A stretch of DNA of 59,379 nt, the filler included. It is 3 parts of 3 records of this genome, joined end to end, with 100 filler letters (N's around TTAATTAATTAA, not from the genome) between each part and the next. Parts side by side here need not be neighbours in the genome. Positions count along the whole stretch, not along the records: positions 1 to 23,815 come from SRR20825006_282; positions 23,916 to 50,729 come from SRR20825006_290; 1 more part is not named here. One strand, 5' to 3'. The position numbers and the translations under genes are program-made. This document shows positions 19,762 through 31,097 of this stretch, piece after piece. The stretch's first letter is position 1; each line of letters begins with the position of its first letter. Under the pieces are notes generated by a model that saw only the letters and a program-made list of their open reading frames with translations, searched no databases and was not told the origin of the DNA.

Positions 19762-20358
19762 ATGAGTGTTTTGGTCACCCAAAAAGCCCCTGATTTCACC
19801 GCCACCGCCGTCATGCCCGATGGCACGTTCAAAGACGACTTCAAGTTGTCGGATTACAAGGGCAAGTACGTCCTGTTGTTCTTCTGGCCACTCGACTTCA
19901 CTTTCGTCTGCCCAACCGAAATCATCGCGTTCAGCGACCGGGCCAAGGACTTCGAAGACCTTGGTGTGAACATTGTCGGCGTTTCGATCGACAGCCATTT
20001 CACTCACTTGGCATGGACCAACACGCCACGCAACGAAGGTGGCATCGGCAAGACTGCTTACCCATTGGTCGCCGACTTGAACAAGCAAATCTCGCGTGAT
20101 TACGACGTGCTGCTGGACGGCGGCGTCGCACTGCGTGGTTTGTTCTTGATCGACCAAGAAGGCGTTGTGCGCCACCAAGTCGTCAACGACTTGCCGCTGG
20201 GCCGCAGCGTCGACGAAGCACTGCGAATGGTCAAAGCCCTCCAGTACTTCGAAACCAATGGCGAAGTCTGCCCAGCCAACTGGCAAGAAGGCTCGCGTAC
20301 AATCAAAGCGGACGTGGAAGGCAGCAAAGAGTTCTTCGGCGCCGAATACAAAAGCTAA
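19762..20358 (+). CDS. ahpC: 2-Cys peroxiredoxin (AhpC/TSA)
   Basis: [12 protein letters not shown] peroxidatic Cys and GEVCPANW resolving Cys. Confidence 0.95.
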   Translation: MSVLVTQKAPDFTATAVMPDGTFKDDFKLSDYKGKYVLLFFWPLDFTFVCPTEIIAFSDRAKDFEDLGVNIVGVSIDSHFTHLAWTNTPRNEGGIGKTAYPLVADLNKQISRDYDVLLDGGVALRGLFLIDQEGVVRHQVVNDLPLGRSVDEALRMVKALQYFETNGEVCPANWQEGSRTIKADVEGSKEFFGAEYKS

Positions 20359-20379
20359 GCAAGCAATCGAGCTGATCCC

Positions 20380-21087
20380 ATGTGGCAATTTCAAGATTTC
20401 GCGGCGCCAACCCCTGGCTCCGCTTGTGACCAGAACGCAGGCCAGTGCTTCACCGCGCACTGGAATGCGGACGGGCACGATTGGGTTTGCCACACCGCGG
20501 GCGGTTCCAAAGGAATCAGCTTCGGCGATCCCGATGGTTCTTTGCACGTGAATTTGTTGCCGGTTGGCGACGACACGCTTCCTGTCGCCACGGAACAATC
20601 CGTCCGAGGCGACGTTTGGAACGTGACGCTTCCTCAAGCCGACAGCCAGTACTCACTTCGTCTGGCTCTGCGAGTCGTGGAAGCCACGGAAACTCGACTG
20701 GTCATTGAACCCACGCTGTCGATTCAAACACTGTTGCTGGACACGCACCCAACGCTCGACCTGACCGCCTTGGGCGATTGCGGTGTGATCTTCGACGAGG
20801 GCGACACCCTGGGTGACGGCAGTCCACCGATTTCAACCGTTCAATTGCATGGTGAAACCGGCTCCATTGCCGTGCTGCTCGCACCCACCGATGCCCCGTT
20901 CACGACCGATTTGCGTCGAGAAGGGCACCTGCAACTGCGTCTCTTCGGCGAATTCCTAGAAAAAGGCGTGATCCGCAAGGCTCGGCCCTGGATTGTGCTG
21001 GATCGCTCCGAACAGGGCGTTTCCGAGGCGGATCTCCAAGCGTATTTGAAACGATTGTGCGAAACGCCCCTGCCTTTGACGGCTTGA
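20380..21087 (+). CDS. Hypothetical protein
   Basis: 235-aa ORF co-directional between ahpC and yidC; C-terminal LFGEFLEKGVIRKAR; no function recognised. Confidence 0.65.
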   Translation: MWQFQDFAAPTPGSACDQNAGQCFTAHWNADGHDWVCHTAGGSKGISFGDPDGSLHVNLLPVGDDTLPVATEQSVRGDVWNVTLPQADSQYSLRLALRVVEATETRLVIEPTLSIQTLLLDTHPTLDLTALGDCGVIFDEGDTLGDGSPPISTVQLHGETGSIAVLLAPTDAPFTTDLRREGHLQLRLFGEFLEKGVIRKARPWIVLDRSEQGVSEADLQAYLKRLCETPLPLTA

Positions 21088-21192
21088 GCTTGCGTTTTTG
21101 GACCTCCAGGCTGCCTCGCGCATTGAGTTTGGCTTTTCAAGAACGCGTCGGGCGGCAAGAATAGCGGGCTTCCCCACCCGCCTCCCTTCTGA

Positions 21193-23685
21193 TTGGCCGA
21201 CAGTTCAGTGGAACGCCGACTATTTTCGTTCATCCTCTCGTCGATGGCGTTTTTCCTGATCTACATGTCCCTTCGGACCATGTTCGCGCCACCACTGCCA
21301 CCGGAGGAAGACGCGATCGCCGAAGTCGACGGCGAAACCGTTGAAACAGCCGAGGACTTGGTTGCCGACACGGATGCATCCGAGCCCGGCGAAGGTGAAG
21401 GCGAAGAAGCTAACGAAGACACGGATGCGGTTGAGCGTCCCAGCTCGCCAACATGGTCGACCCTCGGTTCCATGGATCCGACCAGTGGCTATGTGATGCT
21501 GGTGACATTGAACAGTCGCGGCGGTGGCATCGAACGAATTGAACTGACCGAACGCAAAGAGAACGGACGTCTGAAATACAGACGCGTCGATGTTCGCTCC
21601 GGCTACCTCGGCTACTTGGCCGCCGACCCGACCGCCACGGATCTCGGGATCCGAGTCAACGTGGTCGGACCGGGAACTCCCGCGGATCTGGCGACCGCTT
21701 CTAGCGTGCAAGGCGGCCTGAAACCCGGCGACATCATCACCGGGTTCAACCAAAACAACGTCAACAACCTGTCCATGCTTCGCGAAGCGATGCTGGAAAC
21801 CAAACCAGGTGAATCCGCCACTGTCACGGTTCTGCGGAACGAGAAATCGATCGACTTCACGACCACGCTGACCGAACACCCGCTGGATCTGGTTCGCTTG
21901 GCCGAACACGGTGGCGACGATGAAGTCGAAGGCAACCTCTCCCGTCTGTCATGCCTGTTGACGGTGGGACGCGTCGGTCGCCGCGAAATTCAATCCGGCG
22001 AGAAGACCATCGAAGGCATGGTCGACACCGGCGATCTGATTTGGGATGCCTCCCAAGACGGAGACCAAGTCTCCTACCAACTGCAATTGTCTGACTCGGA
22101 AATGAAGCCCGTATTGGGCAAATCGGTCGGACTGCAACGGACCTACTCGCTGAAGCCGAATAGCTACTCGCTGGACATGGATGTCCAGATCGACAACCGC
22201 GCCGAGGAAGCCCAAGAACTGGCTTACCGAATCGAAGGTGCCAACGGCATCACGTTGGAAGGCTGGTGGTACAGCAATAAAATCAGTCCCAACTGGGGCG
22301 GCTCGGCCGCTCGCGACATCGTCTACAAAACCACCGCCGAAGGTCACGAACTAGTCTCCGGTTACGCTTTGCTGAAACGGGCGAAGAACGAATCCGAAGC
22401 GGATGACCAAACACTGTTCGCTCCCGATTCCGCACCACCGGCTCGCAACCTGAGCTACATCGGCGTCGATGCCCAGTACTTCACCGTCGCGATGTTGCCA
22501 CCCGAAGGGCAAGAGTCACTCAAGACCTTCCGTCGTGCCGCCGCGAATATCATCGCTGATCCAAGTGCTGTTCCCGACAACAAAGAACGCGCCGTCAACG
22601 CCAGCTTCTATCTCGACAGTGCCATCGCAGACGTGCCTCCGGGATCGTCCCTGAAACAATCCCTGCGATTGTTCGCTGGGCCCAAACAGCCCGATGTGAT
22701 GGAAGCCTACGGTTTGGGCGATTGCATCTATTACGGTTGGTTCTCGTTCGTCGCTAAACCTCTTGGCGGGTTGCTGCACCTGTTCTCCAACGTCGGCAAC
22801 TATGCCTTGGCAATTGTTCTGCTGACACTGTGTGTGCGAGGTCTGATGTTCCCGCTTTCACGAAAAGCGGCGATCAACGCCCAACGCATGCAAGAGTTGG
22901 CACCTGAGCTGAAGAAGATTGCCGAGAAGCACAAAGACGACATGGAAGCTCGCGTCCGAGCCCAACGGGAACTGCAACAACGCGTCGGGTTCAACCCGAT
23001 GGCAGGTTGTGCCCCCATGTTCCTGCAGTTGCCAATTTTCATTGGCTTGTACCGAACACTCTCCGTCGACATTGAACTGCGACAAGCTGCGTTTGCCTCC
23101 TGGACCACCTGGGCGTCAAACCTGGCCGCTCCCGACATGATGTATTACTGGGGCGACTGGATGTGGGACTACTTGGGAGGCCGCGGCACCGGTTGGTTGG
23201 GTCCGTACTTCAACATCCTGCCGATGATTGTGGTTTCGTTGTTCCTGGCTCAACAAAAGATGTTCATGCCACCGGCAACGGACGAGCAAACCGCGATGAC
23301 GCAGAAGATGATGAACTACATGACGTTGGTCATGGGCTTGTTCTTCTTCCGTGTCCCGGCTGGTTTGTGCATCTACTTCATCACCAGCAGTCTGTGGGGA
23401 ATCGGCGAGCGGATCTTGGTCAAGAAAACGCTGCCGTCGAAGCCTCACTTCGATCCAGCAACCCTGCAGGGCGCAGCCGCGGGTGGCGGCACGGTCGATG
23501 GCAAAGTCAACAATTCGGCGGGTGCCAATGGAAAGAAAAGCTCCGACGGCAAACCCAAAACGATGGCCGACCGACTTCGCGAGCGATTGGGAACCCCGGA
23601 GGAAGAAGCCGCCCCGCTGCCAAAAGACCGCAAACGGCCACCATCCGGGAAGTCCGGAAAATCCGGCAATAAGAAACGCCGCTAG
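21193..23685 (+). CDS. yidC: Membrane protein insertase YidC with inserted PDZ domain and long basic C-tail
   Basis: [45 protein letters not shown] and [11 protein letters not shown] start. Confidence 0.92.
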   Translation: MADSSVERRLFSFILSSMAFFLIYMSLRTMFAPPLPPEEDAIAEVDGETVETAEDLVADTDASEPGEGEGEEANEDTDAVERPSSPTWSTLGSMDPTSGYVMLVTLNSRGGGIERIELTERKENGRLKYRRVDVRSGYLGYLAADPTATDLGIRVNVVGPGTPADLATASSVQGGLKPGDIITGFNQNNVNNLSMLREAMLETKPGESATVTVLRNEKSIDFTTTLTEHPLDLVRLAEHGGDDEVEGNLSRLSCLLTVGRVGRREIQSGEKTIEGMVDTGDLIWDASQDGDQVSYQLQLSDSEMKPVLGKSVGLQRTYSLKPNSYSLDMDVQIDNRAEEAQELAYRIEGANGITLEGWWYSNKISPNWGGSAARDIVYKTTAEGHELVSGYALLKRAKNESEADDQTLFAPDSAPPARNLSYIGVDAQYFTVAMLPPEGQESLKTFRRAAANIIADPSAVPDNKERAVNASFYLDSAIADVPPGSSLKQSLRLFAGPKQPDVMEAYGLGDCIYYGWFSFVAKPLGGLLHLFSNVGNYALAIVLLTLCVRGLMFPLSRKAAINAQRMQELAPELKKIAEKHKDDMEARVRAQRELQQRVGFNPMAGCAPMFLQLPIFIGLYRTLSVDIELRQAAFASWTTWASNLAAPDMMYYWGDWMWDYLGGRGTGWLGPYFNILPMIVVSLFLAQQKMFMPPATDEQTAMTQKMMNYMTLVMGLFFFRVPAGLCIYFITSSLWGIGERILVKKTLPSKPHFDPATLQGAAAGGGTVDGKVNNSAGANGKKSSDGKPKTMADRLRERLGTPEEEAAPLPKDRKRPPSGKSGKSGNKKRR

Positions 23686-23716
23686 CAGGCTCAGGACCTG
23701 CGATTCAAAACCAGAC

Positions 23717-23815
23717 GTAGCGAGTTCCGGCTGATGGGAGTGGCACTCTCCGTATCAGCCGCCGGGCGACCGCCCCGGATTGCGATCATGCCGACGGAGA
23801 GCCTCCGTCGGCTAC
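23717..23815. repeat. GTAG-type REP/REPIN-like palindromic element at the contig end
   Basis: Begins GTAG and ends CTAC; perfect stem GCCGACGGAG-AGC-CTCCGTCGGC (23790-23812) plus an imperfect GGCTGAT..ATCAGCC stem. Confidence 0.55.
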
Positions 23816-23915
23816 NNNNNNNNNNNNNNNNNNNNNNNNNNNNNNNNNNNNNNNNNNNNTTAATTAATTAANNNNNNNNNNNNNNNNNNNNNNNNNNNNN
23901 NNNNNNNNNNNNNNN
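23816..23915. other. Artificial contig spacer
   Basis: N44-TTAATTAATTAA-N44 with stops in all frames; gene content and codon style change across it. Confidence 0.98.
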
Positions 23916-24752
<837 letters not shown>

Positions 24753-24755
24753 GCG

Positions 24756-25118
24756 ATGCCAGCCCCCAAGGCAAAACCCAGCGCCGGCAACAGCAAGGGC
24801 AATGCCGAGCGGATGACGCTGTCACCCGCCCGACAGATCGCTCTGGCGTTGCTGGCGTTGCTGTTTCTGGGCCTGCAGGTCCGTTTGTGGTTTGGTGAAG
24901 GCAGCCTCCGGCATGTGGCCGCGCTGAAAAAGGACGTGGCCGTGTTGAAGGAAAGCAATGCCAAATTGGCAGAACGTAATCGACTGATGGCCGCGGATGT
25001 GAAGGACCTGAAGCAGGGCACGGAAGCCGTGGAAGAAATCGCGCGCAAGGACCTGGGCATGGTTCGTAACGGAGAAACCTTTTTCCTGATTCTTGAACAG
25101 CCCCGGGGCACCGAGTGA
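24756..25118 (+). CDS. ftsB: Cell division protein FtsB
   Basis: TM + LWFGEG + coiled coil + EEIARKDLGMV..GETF; eno-ftsB-ispD synteny; alternative start at 24813. Confidence 0.9.
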   Translation: MPAPKAKPSAGNSKGNAERMTLSPARQIALALLALLFLGLQVRLWFGEGSLRHVAALKKDVAVLKESNAKLAERNRLMAADVKDLKQGTEAVEEIARKDLGMVRNGETFFLILEQPRGTE

Positions 25119-25837
25119 ACCCTGTGATTTGCGGCCCGCTGTATGCCGTTGTTCCTGCTGCTGGAGTGGGGAGCAGAATGGGCGCGGGTTTTCCCAAACA
25201 ATATCTCTCCCTTGCCGGTCAAACCCTGGCCGAACATACCCTGAATCGATTGTTATCGTTCGCCCCGATCCACAAAGTGGTGGTGGCGGTGTCCGCTGAC
25301 GATCCCTGGTGGCCCACGCTAGCGGTATCCCGCCACCCTCGTGTCCAGACAGTGGCCGGTGGGGACACCCGGGCTGACTCGGTACGCAACGGGGTTGCGG
25401 CGGTGCTGGATGAGGGCGGTGCCGACGCCTGGGCGCTGGTGCACGATATGGCGCGTCCACTGATCCGGCTCTCGGATATTCAAACCCTGCTGGATCAGAC
25501 CGGCCCCCAGGGTGCCATTCTTGCCTTGCCGGTGGTGGATACCATCAAGCAGGCCGCTGGCGAACAGCATATTGCGGCCACCCTGGATCGCACGTGCATC
25601 TGGCGGGCCCTGACCCCTCAGCTTTTTCCGGCGAAAGCTTTGTTGGCCGCTCTCAACGGCGATCTTGCCAACATTACTGATGAAGCCTCTGCCATGGAGC
25701 GTGATGGTTGGCAGCCAGGTCTGGTGGCAGGGCACAGTGACAATATCAAGATAACGGTACCCGACGACCTGCCGCTGGCCCGGTTTTATCTGAGCCGGCA
25801 GCAAGGGGATGACAGCAGTGAAGGAGAGCAGTGGTGA
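25115..25837 (+). CDS. ispD: 2-C-methyl-D-erythritol 4-phosphate cytidylyltransferase
   Basis: [38 protein letters not shown]. Confidence 0.94.
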   Translation: MNPVICGPLYAVVPAAGVGSRMGAGFPKQYLSLAGQTLAEHTLNRLLSFAPIHKVVVAVSADDPWWPTLAVSRHPRVQTVAGGDTRADSVRNGVAAVLDEGGADAWALVHDMARPLIRLSDIQTLLDQTGPQGAILALPVVDTIKQAAGEQHIAATLDRTCIWRALTPQLFPAKALLAALNGDLANITDEASAMERDGWQPGLVAGHSDNIKITVPDDLPLARFYLSRQQGDDSSEGEQW

Positions 25838-26313
25838 GCGTGCGTATTGGTCAGGGGTTTGATGTCCATGCTTTCGATGAAGGCGACCATGTCATGCTGG
25901 GGGGCGTTGTCATTCCTCACAGCCACGGGCTCAAGGCACATTCCGATGGCGATGTGGCGTTGCATGCATTATCCGATGCCTTGCTCGGTGCTCTGGCGCT
26001 GGGGGATATCGGGCACTATTTCCCGGATACCGACCCGCAATGGCAAGGGGCGGATTCCGGTCAGCTGCTGACCGCCATCTATTCATCCATTCTGGACGCT
26101 GGATGGCGGCTGGGTAATGCAGACCTCACGGTGATCTGCCAGGCGCCCAAGCTGGCGCCGCACATTGCCGCTATGCGTGAGCGCATCGCCGAATTGCTGC
26201 AGTGTGATCCGGGGCAGGTGTCGGTCAAGGCGACGACCACGGAAAAACTGGGCTTTACCGGTCGCAAGGAAGGCATAGCGGTGCAAGCCGTGGTGCTGCT
26301 GGAGAGCCAGTGA
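25831..26313 (+). CDS. ispF: 2-C-methyl-D-erythritol 2,4-cyclodiphosphate synthase
   Basis: [24 protein letters not shown] and [13 protein letters not shown]. Confidence 0.96.
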   Translation: MVSVRIGQGFDVHAFDEGDHVMLGGVVIPHSHGLKAHSDGDVALHALSDALLGALALGDIGHYFPDTDPQWQGADSGQLLTAIYSSILDAGWRLGNADLTVICQAPKLAPHIAAMRERIAELLQCDPGQVSVKATTTEKLGFTGRKEGIAVQAVVLLESQ

Positions 26314-27365
26314 GTTTCCCGGCCGAAATGACCGAGAAAGGCTTGCCATGCGCCCACGGTGGTCCGGTGTGTCAGGGGGTATTGAAGGCCCGACCCGACG
26401 ATTTTTACGTTGCAGAACAAATGCACGTGACGCCGGAAGGGCAGGGCGAGCACCTCTGGCTGGAAATTGAGAAAATCGGTTGGAATACTGAAGACGTGGC
26501 CATGCTGCTGGCCAAACAGGCCCGTGTTCACCGCTTGTCAGTGGGCTACAGCGGCCTGAAAGACAAACACGCGGTGACCCGGCAATGGTTCAGCCTGCAT
26601 TTGCCGGGCAAGGATGATCCCGAATTCGACTGGCCCGAAGGGCTGACGGTGCTGCAAGCCGGTCGGCACCGCCGCAAACTCAACCGTGGCACCCACCGCG
26701 CCAATGACTTTCGGTTGCGTGTTACCGGTTTCCAGGGGGACCGTGACGCGCTGGAAAGCCAGTTGCACACCATCATGATGCACGGGGTGCCGAATTATTT
26801 TGGTGAGCAGCGTTTTGGCCGAGGGGCTGGCAATCTGGTGCGGGGGACCGAATGGTTATTGGGCGGCGAAGCGCCGCGCAAGAAAGCCCTGCGGGGCATG
26901 TGGTTGTCCGCCGTGCGTAGCAATTTGTTCAATCAGGTATTGGCAGAGCGAGTGCGTCGAGGTTGCTGGAACACGGTGCTGGCCGGCGATATTTTGCAGC
27001 CTGAAGGCAGTCGCGGATTATTCTTGGCCGATGATGAACCCGACGCAGTGGAGCGGGTCGCGAGCGGAGAGGTGCACCCCACCGCCCCTTTGCCGGGCCT
27101 GGCCGGCATGGCATCATCTGGCCCCTGTAATACGCTGGAGCAGCAGATACTGGCGCCCCATGCTCCAGTAATTGAGGGGCTGCGCCAGATCAAGGTAGAA
27201 GAAGCCCGCCGCGCCACACGTCTGCCGGTACGGGACTTGCAATGGGTCTGGCATACAGATCCGGAACGGGAAGGGGAAGACTGCCTGGAGCTGGCGTTTA
27301 CGCTGCCCACAGGCGCTTTTGCCACGACAGTAATGGCAGAGCTGATCAGTTCACCGGCTGATTGA
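26310..27365 (+). CDS. truD: tRNA pseudouridine(13) synthase
   Basis: [28 protein letters not shown] and [10 protein letters not shown]. Confidence 0.95.
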   Translation: MSFPAEMTEKGLPCAHGGPVCQGVLKARPDDFYVAEQMHVTPEGQGEHLWLEIEKIGWNTEDVAMLLAKQARVHRLSVGYSGLKDKHAVTRQWFSLHLPGKDDPEFDWPEGLTVLQAGRHRRKLNRGTHRANDFRLRVTGFQGDRDALESQLHTIMMHGVPNYFGEQRFGRGAGNLVRGTEWLLGGEAPRKKALRGMWLSAVRSNLFNQVLAERVRRGCWNTVLAGDILQPEGSRGLFLADDEPDAVERVASGEVHPTAPLPGLAGMASSGPCNTLEQQILAPHAPVIEGLRQIKVEEARRATRLPVRDLQWVWHTDPEREGEDCLELAFTLPTGAFATTVMAELISSPAD

Positions 27366-27390
27366 CTCGCATTGAGGCAAACGAACACAG

Positions 27391-28053
27391 ATGGATATCC
27401 AACTCAACGGCATCGGTATGACGTCTGCGCGGACCCGGGATCGGTTGGTCCAGCGGCTGCGTGATGCCGGCATTCAGGACGAGCGTGTACTGGACGCCAT
27501 TCGCAATACACCACGACACCTGTTTATTGAAGAAGCTCTGGCGCATCAGGCCTATGACGATACCGCCTTGCCGATTGGTCATGGGCAAACCATTTCCCAG
27601 CCCTGGGTAGTCGCTCGCATGACTGAGCTGCTGATCGCCAACGGGAAGCCCCGCAAGGTGCTGGAAATCGGCACCGGTTGCGGTTATCAAACCTCGGTGC
27701 TGGCACCGTTTTGTGATGAGCTGTATTCGGTGGAGCGGATCCGCCCCCTGCAGGACCAAGCCCGTAAACGTCTGTTGCAACTGGGGCTGGCCAAGGTGCA
27801 GCTCAAGCATGCGGATGGCGGCTTTGGCTGGAAAGTTGAGGCGCCGTTCGATGGCATTCTCGCCGCGTGTGCCCGTGCGGATATTCCTGACGATCTGTTG
27901 TCTCAACTGGCTGACGGCGGTCGCCTGGTGATGCCCGTTGGCGGAGATCGCCAGCAGATTCTCACCGTGGTTGATCGCGAGGGTGATCAATTTCATACCC
28001 AGACGCTGGACCCGGTACGCTTCGTGCCATTCCAGCGTGGGGTGATGCGGTAG
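27391..28053 (+). CDS. pcm: Protein-L-isoaspartate O-methyltransferase
   Basis: GIGMTSARTR, GQTISQP, VLEIGTGCGYQ and VRFVP. Confidence 0.95.
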   Translation: MDIQLNGIGMTSARTRDRLVQRLRDAGIQDERVLDAIRNTPRHLFIEEALAHQAYDDTALPIGHGQTISQPWVVARMTELLIANGKPRKVLEIGTGCGYQTSVLAPFCDELYSVERIRPLQDQARKRLLQLGLAKVQLKHADGGFGWKVEAPFDGILAACARADIPDDLLSQLADGGRLVMPVGGDRQQILTVVDREGDQFHTQTLDPVRFVPFQRGVMR

Positions 28054-28169
28054 AAGTTGAGAGTTTCAAGGCGCGATCAGAGGCGGGGACTAACGTATAA
28101 ATCCCTGCTTGCCGCGCACAGTCGCCTGCAACGCGACTCCTGGTGTTCGAGACAAATAACCCCAATCCA

Positions 28170-28200
28170 CGTTGTTGCGTGCAGCGTGATGCGTGAGGCG
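28170..28200 (+). repeat. CGTGNNG heptamer tandem repeat
   Basis: CGTTGTTG CGTGCAG CGTGATG CGTGAGG just upstream of the DUF368 start codon. Confidence 0.5.
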
Positions 28201-28205
28201 CAAAC

Positions 28206-29120
28206 ATGATTCGACCCGGTATTTTTTTTCGCGGCATGGCCATGGGCGCTGCCGATGTAGTGCCAGGCGTTTCTGGTGGCACCCTTGCCCTGATCACGGG
28301 CATCTATGAAGAACTGATCAATACCCTGGGCGGCATCACCCCGCGCTTGCTGATCGTGTGGCGCCAGCAGGGATTCGTGGCCGCCTGGCAGCAAGCTAAC
28401 CTCACCTTTTTGTTCACGTTGCTGGCCGGTATCTTCACCAGCATTGCGGTGCTGGCCCGGTTAATTACCTGGTTACTGGATACTCATCCAGTACCGGTAT
28501 GGGCGTTTTTTAGTGGCCTGATTCTTGCCAGCATTCTTCTGGTGTTGAAACCCTTGCAACAGCGTGGTCCGGTGCAGATAGGGGCCTTTCTGGTTGGCAC
28601 TGGTGTAGCAGTGGCCATTGGCCTGGCCCCGGCACTGTCGGCAGCGGGCAGCGGTGCCCTGGTGTTTTTCTTCAGTGGCATGCTGGCTATCTGCGCCATG
28701 ATCCTGCCGGGCATTTCTGGCAGTTTTATCCTTCTTTTACTGGGCATGTATCAGCCTGTGCTGGAAGCTGTGAAGCAGGCTGAGTTTGGTTTGCTGCTGG
28801 CGTTTCTGTCTGGATGTGCAGTGGGGCTGCTGAGCTTTGTGCATGTGCTCAAGTGGACGTTGCACCGTTTCCATGACACGGTCATGGCGTTGCTTGCCGG
28901 CTTTATGGCCGGTTCGTTACTGAAACTATGGCCGTGGCGGTTGAGCGGTGAGCAAGGAATTGGTGACACCTGGTTATGGCCGTCACAGTATGCTGCGGTC
29001 ACGGATCAATCCGCACAGCTGCCGTTGGCTTTGGCCATGGTGGTCATTGCTGCCGGGCTGGTGTGGTTACTTTACCGGGTTGCACCAGTGCATAATGTTG
29101 CGCAGGCACCGCAAGGCTGA
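28206..29120 (+). CDS. DUF368 family membrane protein (undecaprenyl-phosphate translocase family)
   Basis: GMAMGAADVVPGVSGGT..GIY and AMILPGISGS re-entrant motifs, WPW. Confidence 0.9.
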   Translation: MIRPGIFFRGMAMGAADVVPGVSGGTLALITGIYEELINTLGGITPRLLIVWRQQGFVAAWQQANLTFLFTLLAGIFTSIAVLARLITWLLDTHPVPVWAFFSGLILASILLVLKPLQQRGPVQIGAFLVGTGVAVAIGLAPALSAAGSGALVFFFSGMLAICAMILPGISGSFILLLLGMYQPVLEAVKQAEFGLLLAFLSGCAVGLLSFVHVLKWTLHRFHDTVMALLAGFMAGSLLKLWPWRLSGEQGIGDTWLWPSQYAAVTDQSAQLPLALAMVVIAAGLVWLLYRVAPVHNVAQAPQG

Positions 29121-29236
29121 ACGCTGGCTCCGTGAGGCCAACCGGACAGATTAGGTTTGTGCAATTTGAATTCAGGTTTCCTGGCAACGGGGTGGTTGAT
29201 GGCAGTTAATCTTCACACAGGCACCGACAGTCACTG

Positions 29237-30004
29237 ATGCGCGCACTGGCAGCGTTCATGGTCTGGATTTTGGTCAGTGGCTGCAGTGCCGGCAATTTTG
29301 CGCCGGTGGTGGATATTTATGGCCAGGAACCCAAGCCACGCAAGGTCACGTCCGGTACTCACCATGTGCGGGAAGGGGAGACCCTGTACTCCATTGCCTG
29401 GCGCTATGGTTGGGATTTTCGGGCGTTGGCCCGGGCCAACAATATTCCGGCACCGTACACCATTTATCCCGGCCAACGTATTTCACTGGGCATCAAGAGC
29501 TCCAGCCCGGTAGTTGCGAGCAAACCGGCGGCCTCTTCTTCCAAACCGGCCAGCAAGCCGGCAGTATCAAAACCTGCTTCCAAGCCAAAACCCGCTGCCA
29601 AACCCGCCACGAAGCCGGCAGTGCCGGTAGGCCCGGTGGAATGGCGCTGGCCTGCCAGCGGCCAAGTGGTGGAATCGTTTTCCAACGCCAGCCAGGGGCG
29701 CAAGGGCATTGCCATTTCCGGGCGTCGCAACAGCCCGGTAGTGGCCGCGGCTCCGGGCCGTGTGGTTTACCGGGGTAGTGGCCTGACAGGCTACGGTAAT
29801 CTGCTGATTATCAAGCACAGCGAACGCTGGTTAAGCGCCTATGCCCATAATGATAAGATGATGGTCAAGGAAGGGGATGCAGTGAAAGGGGGGCAGCAGG
29901 TTGCCACCATGGGCGCCAGTGGGACTTTCCGTACGCAGCTGCATTTTGAAATCCGCAAAGACGGTAAACCCGTCGACCCCATGGGCTATTTGCCCAAGCG
30001 CTGA
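29237..30004 (+). CDS. nlpD: LysM + M23 peptidase-like lipoprotein (NlpD type)
   Basis: Lipobox LVSG/C, LysM GETLYSIAW, KPA-repeat linker and M23 domain GYGNLLIIKH..AYAHN..LHFEIR. Confidence 0.9.
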   Translation: MRALAAFMVWILVSGCSAGNFAPVVDIYGQEPKPRKVTSGTHHVREGETLYSIAWRYGWDFRALARANNIPAPYTIYPGQRISLGIKSSSPVVASKPAASSSKPASKPAVSKPASKPKPAAKPATKPAVPVGPVEWRWPASGQVVESFSNASQGRKGIAISGRRNSPVVAAAPGRVVYRGSGLTGYGNLLIIKHSERWLSAYAHNDKMMVKEGDAVKGGQQVATMGASGTFRTQLHFEIRKDGKPVDPMGYLPKR

Positions 30005-30050
30005 TTCCCCGGCTCCGCGTTTCTTCAACCGATTGGAACGGAATACCTTT

Positions 30051-30965
30051 ATGCGTCGTGATGATCGCCGTGAACATCGTCTGCTGCTGATGGCAGGGTT
30101 GGCATCCGTCCTGACGGCACTGATTCTGATTGCGGCAAAAGCCATAGCCTGGTTGATGACGGGGTCTGTTAGCCTGCTGGCGTCACTGGTGGATTCGGTG
30201 ATGGATTCCATTGCCTCGTTGATCAACTTCTTCGCCATCCGTTATTCCCTGGTGCCCCCGGATGAAGAGCATCGCTTTGGGCATGGCAAGGCCGAGGCGT
30301 TAGCCGGGCTGGGGCAGGCAGTGTTCATTGCCGGTTCGTCGGTATTCCTGATTCACCAGTCGGTGATGAAGCTGATGGATCCGCAGCCGATCAGTGAAAA
30401 CGGTGCCGGTGTGGCGGTGATGGTGTTTTCCATCGTGCTGACATTCGGCTTGTTGTTGATCCAGAAATATGTGGTCCGGGAAACCGGTTCCACTGCCATT
30501 GAGGCGGATTCGCTGCACTACCTGTCGGACCTGGCGGTGAATGTGGGCATTATCGTCGTGTTGGTGCTCAGCCAGTTTGGCTATTTGTGGCTGGACGGTG
30601 TGGTGGGCCTGGTAATTGCGGTCTTTATTCTGTTCAGTGCCTGGCACATCGCTTATGAATCTGCGCAGCTCTTGCTGGACCGGGAAATTCCTGGAGAGGT
30701 GCGGGAAGTCATCACCGCCATTGTGGCAGATCATCCACAAGCACTGGGCTTTCATGATTTGCGCACGCGTCAATCCGGGCGCACCCAGTTTATTCAGCTA
30801 CACGTGGACATGGATCAGAACCTGACATTGTTGCAGGCCCATGATCTGGCCAGCCGGATTGAAACGCGTATCCAGCAGGCGTTTCCGATGGCCGACGTAA
30901 TTATCCACCAGGACCCGGTGGCCGTTGGGCCAAAAGTGACTCTCGACGATCGACCTCCAGCCTGA
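30051..30965 (+). CDS. fieF: Cation diffusion facilitator (FieF/YiiP type)
   Basis: SLLASLVDSVMD, PPDEEHRFGHGKAE, ADSLHYLSD, HDLRTRQSG and IIHQDP. Confidence 0.9.
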   Translation: MRRDDRREHRLLLMAGLASVLTALILIAAKAIAWLMTGSVSLLASLVDSVMDSIASLINFFAIRYSLVPPDEEHRFGHGKAEALAGLGQAVFIAGSSVFLIHQSVMKLMDPQPISENGAGVAVMVFSIVLTFGLLLIQKYVVRETGSTAIEADSLHYLSDLAVNVGIIVVLVLSQFGYLWLDGVVGLVIAVFILFSAWHIAYESAQLLLDREIPGEVREVITAIVADHPQALGFHDLRTRQSGRTQFIQLHVDMDQNLTLLQAHDLASRIETRIQQAFPMADVIIHQDPVAVGPKVTLDDRPPA

Positions 30966-31097
30966 CGCTTCCTCCCAAGCCCGCGCCAATGCTGGGCTGT
31001 ACTGTGCGGTCAAACCGGGCTGTGCAGGTAAACACATTGTTTTCATAGGGGCTTTTCAGTAGCTTCATCACTGACTTGTTTGTGTTGAGGACAGACC

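Noticed and set aside
19303-20637. 444-aa minus-strand ORF
   Set aside because: Antisense to Dabb, ahpC and the next gene, which have clear motifs or operon context
23860-23871. TTAATTAATTAA palindrome (also at 50774-50785)
   Set aside because: Synthetic all-frame-stop linker inside N padding
29520-29620. Repetitive DNA in nlpD (and 38430-38550 in the TonB-like gene)
   Set aside because: Encodes ordinary KPA and EP/KP linkers; not CRISPR or a mobile repeat
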